DNA from: an uncultured virus (IMG/VR IMGVR_UViG_3300028844_005666)
Lineage: Duplodnaviria; Heunggongvirae; Uroviricota; Caudoviricetes
IMG/VR virus record: IMGVR_UViG_3300028844_005666
Reading direction: 5' to 3' (one strand)
DNA length: 64,000 nt
In this document: one piece after another, positions 61,101 to 64,000 of the stretch
How the letters are laid out: each line of letters begins with the position of its first letter
Position numbering within the stretch: position 1 is the first letter of the stretch
The notes under the pieces: generated by a model
The model's database searches: none
Told to the model about the DNA's origin: nothing
What the model saw: only the letters and a program-made list of their open reading frames with translations
Program-made: the position numbers and the translations under genes

Positions 61101-61668
61101 AATTAGAAACAGCAGTATTTCTAATTACGTTTCTAGTAGCTTCATTTAATTTATCGATAGCGTCAGTAACTGTTTCAGTTGTTTCTAATGCTATAGCACC
61201 AGTTTCACTTGATAAGGAACCATCTTGTAAGGGAGCACCGAGTGTGATTTGATTGCCTACTGTATTTTGTCCAGCATGCTCTTGAATCATATTAACGATT
61301 GCATCTGAGTCGTGACCAGCATTAGCGGCTAAGTTACTAATAGCAGCAGTATCTGAGTCTAACCTTGCAGTTAAATCAGTCTTAATTGCTTGTAATCTAC
61401 TCTCATCAGAGTCTAGTCGAGATACTGCAGTTTCAGCTCTTCTTAAAAGAGTCTGGACGCGTGTTGTCTCTGAGTCAAGATCTGATCTAAGAGCTGCAAC
61501 GGCTGTGCCAGCATGCTCAAAGACCATATTCTTAACAACATCTGAGTCAGTAGTAGAGGATATAGTGTAAACACCTTCACCTTCGGAGTTTACAACAAAC
61601 CCTACACCTACATTAGTACCTGCCTCTAGTCTAGTAACGAGAGGGATATCATCTGAATCGTACGCCAT
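58165..61668 (-). CDS. Large virion protein with PKD/Ig-like domains
   Basis: WGDG/FGD/WADG..HTY repeats, S/T/G-rich, about 15 DS(D/E). Confidence 0.72.
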   Translation of the reverse strand: MAYDSDDIPLVTRLEAGTNVGVGFVVNSEGEGVYTISSTTDSDVVKNMVFEHAGTAVAALRSDLDSETTRVQTLLRRAETAVSRLDSDESRLQAIKTDLTARLDSDTAAISNLAANAGHDSDAIVNMIQEHAGQNTVGNQITLGAPLQDGSLSSETGAIALETTETVTDAIDKLNEATRNVIRNTAVSNLDFTGDNLIGGAGFTTTLTTSADGNPNRYDIHWGDGNIDSDSSDSTPSHTYNSNVGSPFTVRVIARNSSGEGAGSFSVKERSNYVTVFTATPAVSFAIYAASSGGSPITQWDDGDTIYLQNNTTNTSNAIAGYVFNFGDSDLMHAIDSDRLPGGSINNGGSRLPYTFDTVVEEDRRFNISLTLNSHTTANPTDIPAADSDNFFNVLDTHTPSVSINDSDGVNEEATSGHVIQATNNSGSGVGNFATFGSRYVYVWGDGTSNTTVNAGTGSSGDRGASAVSHTYALPDSDQANGHTVTFTGKLQITSNHDSSPFESDPFEITVRPDLRVNYAATAVTVSDRSGDNSRDIYDFVDLNGANRALVRATNTSQNATNLTYSWADGDSDSLTEDGSSPGSLGATIDHDYTGESTGSYASQLFASGSPGSVAQSDKESVTFTINAVPAAPSNLSTFTLTLSDSAHGTNPKLASGFTDNTGTMSTLAAGTSLNSTTARRYTTGIIDTNTINNAYNGAAGEVTCIRNGDSDGTISFTTTSGETGAAGSLQVTQQADAHDTISSSTYPSNFYQTFDAKIARSLSGYTLGLNAQLIKHSQTGSTSTVHILRDDTVSAAPTVSSTGTVSVNNSGTYRYISGVPYFNSGSPTINVAGIQISNFVGQAYNDTSSPVEIDSGTNQESTSSAGTVNTNYTYANVDGSSTMLSGGIPIANTGVSSAYTLATLSVAITSSSVRTVDRIKVRASNTNGTSSYVENTTNINVHTASQSGINETAISVAGGLGSGFTDNGVRSGALKSATTDTPALRGGSYNYYNTDIFVEDSDSGVQGTKEATIRLGVLKHDTTNYSTYVPPGPNRSGDTGTQYFTMAFRRTAMANFTVNIVSSSGIEGMFIAAPGTVIDSSSSLNGWLDCGGQYAGAGVPGANTGSGGNGSNGCASTGGDIVGTGALNGSFTFTLGTENATNATNNNILLRIGLASGDSVTSLSIS

Positions 61669-61694
61669 TCACCCTCACCTTTTATTCCCAGTTA

Positions 61695-62285
61695 CTAGTT
61701 GCCTGAGTTATCGTCTGTATCTAGTACATATCCTCCGAATACAACACTATTAGAAGTATTTCTAATTTCTAATTTGTGTGCGTCTGTAAAAGCATTACCA
61801 TCAAAGTTAAATGCTTGACCTGCTGTAATAGTAATACCACCTGGGAATGTGTATCCACTATTCAATGCTGTCTTAACAGCTGAAACTGCTACTGTATCAG
61901 AGTCTAATCTAGCTATGATTTCTGTTATTTTTGGATTCAATTGAGCCATAATGAAATCAGAGTCAGCTACTTGATTAAGTTTTGATATAATCAAACCGTG
62001 CTCTGAGTCTCTATCTGCTCTTAAGTTATTAACAGCTGCTGATAAGTTACTTAACTTAACTGTATCAGAATCTAATCTAGCAATAAGTCCTGGATTAGTA
62101 CCTGTGTCAATAATAACAGCCCATTTAGTAGCATCTGATCCAGGGGTTACACCTGAGAAGCCACCTGATACTGCTGAGTATGCAATACCTTCGTGATGTA
62201 CTGTATCTAATTTTTGGTATGTTGTACCGGCGTTATAAGCGCCTTTAAAAACGAGTCTTACTCGTCCTAATATCTGAGTTGCCAT
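61695..62285 (-). CDS. Short fibre-like protein with CBM-like N-terminus
   Basis: KGAY...Y...D.V...G..Y...P....W; RLDSD repeats. Confidence 0.65.
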   Translation of the reverse strand: MATQILGRVRLVFKGAYNAGTTYQKLDTVHHEGIAYSAVSGGFSGVTPGSDATKWAVIIDTGTNPGLIARLDSDTVKLSNLSAAVNNLRADRDSEHGLIISKLNQVADSDFIMAQLNPKITEIIARLDSDTVAVSAVKTALNSGYTFPGGITITAGQAFNFDGNAFTDAHKLEIRNTSNSVVFGGYVLDTDDNSGN

Positions 62286-62361
62286 TTTCCTTTACCCCTT
62301 TTGTTCTGGTTGGAAGCCCTGCCACTTTCGTGGTTCTAGCTCAGTAGCATTAATGCTGTTT

Positions 62362-62369
62362 TATTTATA
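62362..62369 (-). promoter_or_regulatory. T4-type late promoter
   Basis: TATAAATA. Confidence 0.85.
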
Positions 62370-62379
62370 ATTATGCACT

Positions 62380-62637
62380 CTAGTCGTCATCAGCTAAATG
62401 TGCAGCATAAGCAGTTTTAATTTCATCTGTCCAAACACCGTTTGCTATATTTTGCACTTCTGTGCTTTCATTAGATAAGCCATCTGCACTTATGTTTGGT
62501 GAAACTATGTGTCTTGAAAAAACTCGACTTATTTCTGTACCATCTCTTTTAATGACTGTTGCAGTTCTAACTTGTATAAATTTATACGGCCCTACCACTT
62601 CAATTTTATCTTGTATTGTTTCTTCTGTTAATGCCAC
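62380..62637 (-). CDS. Small fibre-associated protein (possible chaperone)
   Basis: DKIEVV..IQVR..T.I..DG.EISR...R; follows a fibre gene; GGAG RBS. Confidence 0.65.
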   Translation of the reverse strand: MALTEETIQDKIEVVGPYKFIQVRTATVIKRDGTEISRVFSRHIVSPNISADGLSNESTEVQNIANGVWTDEIKTAYAAHLADDD

Positions 62638-62655
62638 TTTCTACTCCTATAATTA

Positions 62656-63999
62656 TTAGAACGTCATGTATGTTATACCTATGGTAAACCTATCATTGGT
62701 TGCCATATGAGAGTTGTTAAGAGTTCCTGCCGATGTATTATTCTCAGATGACCTAAATGATCCAACAGATGCATCAGTTGAAACATAAAAATTAACAAAA
62801 TTACCAGAATTATGATCCGGACCTTGTGCACCAACTCCATCAAAAGCAACTGAACCAACAGACCTATCACTTAAATCTGCGCCATTACCTGTTGCAAATG
62901 GTAAACTTATATCTATAACTCCGTTTGGACTACTTTCACCAGTTATATGTAATTGACCTTGCAAGTGAACCATTCTACCAATTTTTACATATGACAATTT
63001 TGTAGCACTATCTCCAAGAGTATAGCTACCACTTGTCCTACCTGTGACTGTAGGGGTATATATACCTTCTTCATAATCATCAAGCAGTTCACCGGTCATA
63101 CCAGTAGCATCACTTGTGGCACTAAAATCTATACCATGACCATTTGCTACTATAACGTTGCCATCAGTTAGAGTTAATCCATTGCCTACAGTTACTGTAC
63201 CATCAACTTCTAATCCTGTACCATTAATTAATTGAAGTGTGTCGCTATTAAATCTTGCACTAATATTATTTGAGCCAGCTTTCTTATGAGTTATTTCAAT
63301 AATACCATCTTCAGTTCCGTCACTAGCGTCTTGTATTTTTCCTGTAATTTTTGCATATACTATTTCTTGGTTAGCATCATTTTCACCTTTGAACTTTATT
63401 TGACCTAAGTAATCTGCGTCGGCTACACTAGAACTATTACGTTTAAGTGTAATCACTGGACCTGCATTATTAGAATCTTCAGTTGTAGTAACTAATATAC
63501 TATCATCTGTAGTTGTGTTATTAACAGTTAAAGTTTGGAATGTGTGATCTGAATCTATACCACCTAAACCAGCTATGTTAGCTGTATTAGTATTTGTAGC
63601 TGCTTTTAATGATTGTATTATTATACTATCACTGTCTAGATCTGCTCTCGTCTTAGTTGCTAATGATTGAATAGCTGCGCTGTCTGAATCTAGCCTGTTT
63701 GTAATTTCACTTATTTTTGATATCTTTATCGAATCTGAATCTCTATCAGCTCTAAGAGATAATATAGCACCACCAACTGAGTCTAATGTATCGTTACCAG
63801 TTAAGAATAATATCTGTCCATCAGAGTCAATAGTCAAAGTACCTGAATTTGCTACATCATCATTTGTGTTTAATAATATTTGACCATCACTGTCGACTAC
63901 TAAAGTACCTATTTGTCTATCAGCATCATCAGAATCTAATCTGTTTATTAAACCGTCTACTTTGTTTTGTAAATTTGCGACTTTAGTTAAGTCACTATC
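62656..63999 (-). CDS. Tail fibre-like protein, 5' end outside window
   Basis: Frame stays open to the window edge (DSDLTKVANLQ...); C-terminal GIDFSAT..LDDYEEG module. Confidence 0.78.
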   Translation of the reverse strand, partial: DSDLTKVANLQNKVDGLINRLDSDDADRQIGTLVVDSDGQILLNTNDDVANSGTLTIDSDGQILFLTGNDTLDSVGGAILSLRADRDSDSIKISKISEITNRLDSDSAAIQSLATKTRADLDSDSIIIQSLKAATNTNTANIAGLGGIDSDHTFQTLTVNNTTTDDSILVTTTEDSNNAGPVITLKRNSSSVADADYLGQIKFKGENDANQEIVYAKITGKIQDASDGTEDGIIEITHKKAGSNNISARFNSDTLQLINGTGLEVDGTVTVGNGLTLTDGNVIVANGHGIDFSATSDATGMTGELLDDYEEGIYTPTVTGRTSGSYTLGDSATKLSYVKIGRMVHLQGQLHITGESSPNGVIDISLPFATGNGADLSDRSVGSVAFDGVGAQGPDHNSGNFVNFYVSTDASVGSFRSSENNTSAGTLNNSHMATNDRFTIGITYMTF

Positions 64000-64000
64000 T

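Noticed and set aside
2358..62659. Plus-strand ORFs of the track other than phoH (e.g. 2358-2753, 46105-46419, 57885-58184)
   Set aside because: Antisense shadows of well-supported minus-strand genes; no recognisable motifs
2677..62870. Nested alternate-frame minus ORFs (2677, 6694, 7036, 20391, 23537, 25033, 29844, 31275, 38557, 45503, 57637, 62679)
   Set aside because: Lie inside real genes and have the composition expected of off-frame AT-rich sequence

Overview
AT-rich 64 kb segment of a T4-like (myovirus) phage genome, most similar in gene content to marine T4-like phages; the host cannot be fixed from sequence alone. Nearly all genes are on the minus strand (phoH is the exception). By coordinate: a replication and nucleotide block (nrdB start, NrdA-glutaredoxin fusion, primase, DNA polymerase, regA, clamp and loader, guaC plus a purine phosphoribosyltransferase); an early region with four repeated sigma70-type promoters, tRNA-Arg(UCU) and an unannotated pseudoknotted RNA candidate; clpP and a ~15 kb glycan-modification island (many glycosyltransferases, an epimerase, methyltransferases, a broken kdsA and one GT split by an in-frame TAA); a putative protease-processed internal head polyprotein; gp46, gp47, gp55, uvsW, uvsY; phoH, iscA and two 2OG-Fe(II) oxygenases; the head and tail core (gp3-like, gp23, gp22, gp21, gp13, gp20, gp19, gp18); and fibre-like proteins. 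The strongest unexplained signal is an Asp-Ser-Asp/Glu tripeptide present about 55 times (manual count) in neck, sheath and fibre proteins, encoded by varied codons. It is a candidate virion modification or metal-binding sequon, with plausible modifying enzymes encoded in the same window. All assignments come from motif recognition; no database searches were run.
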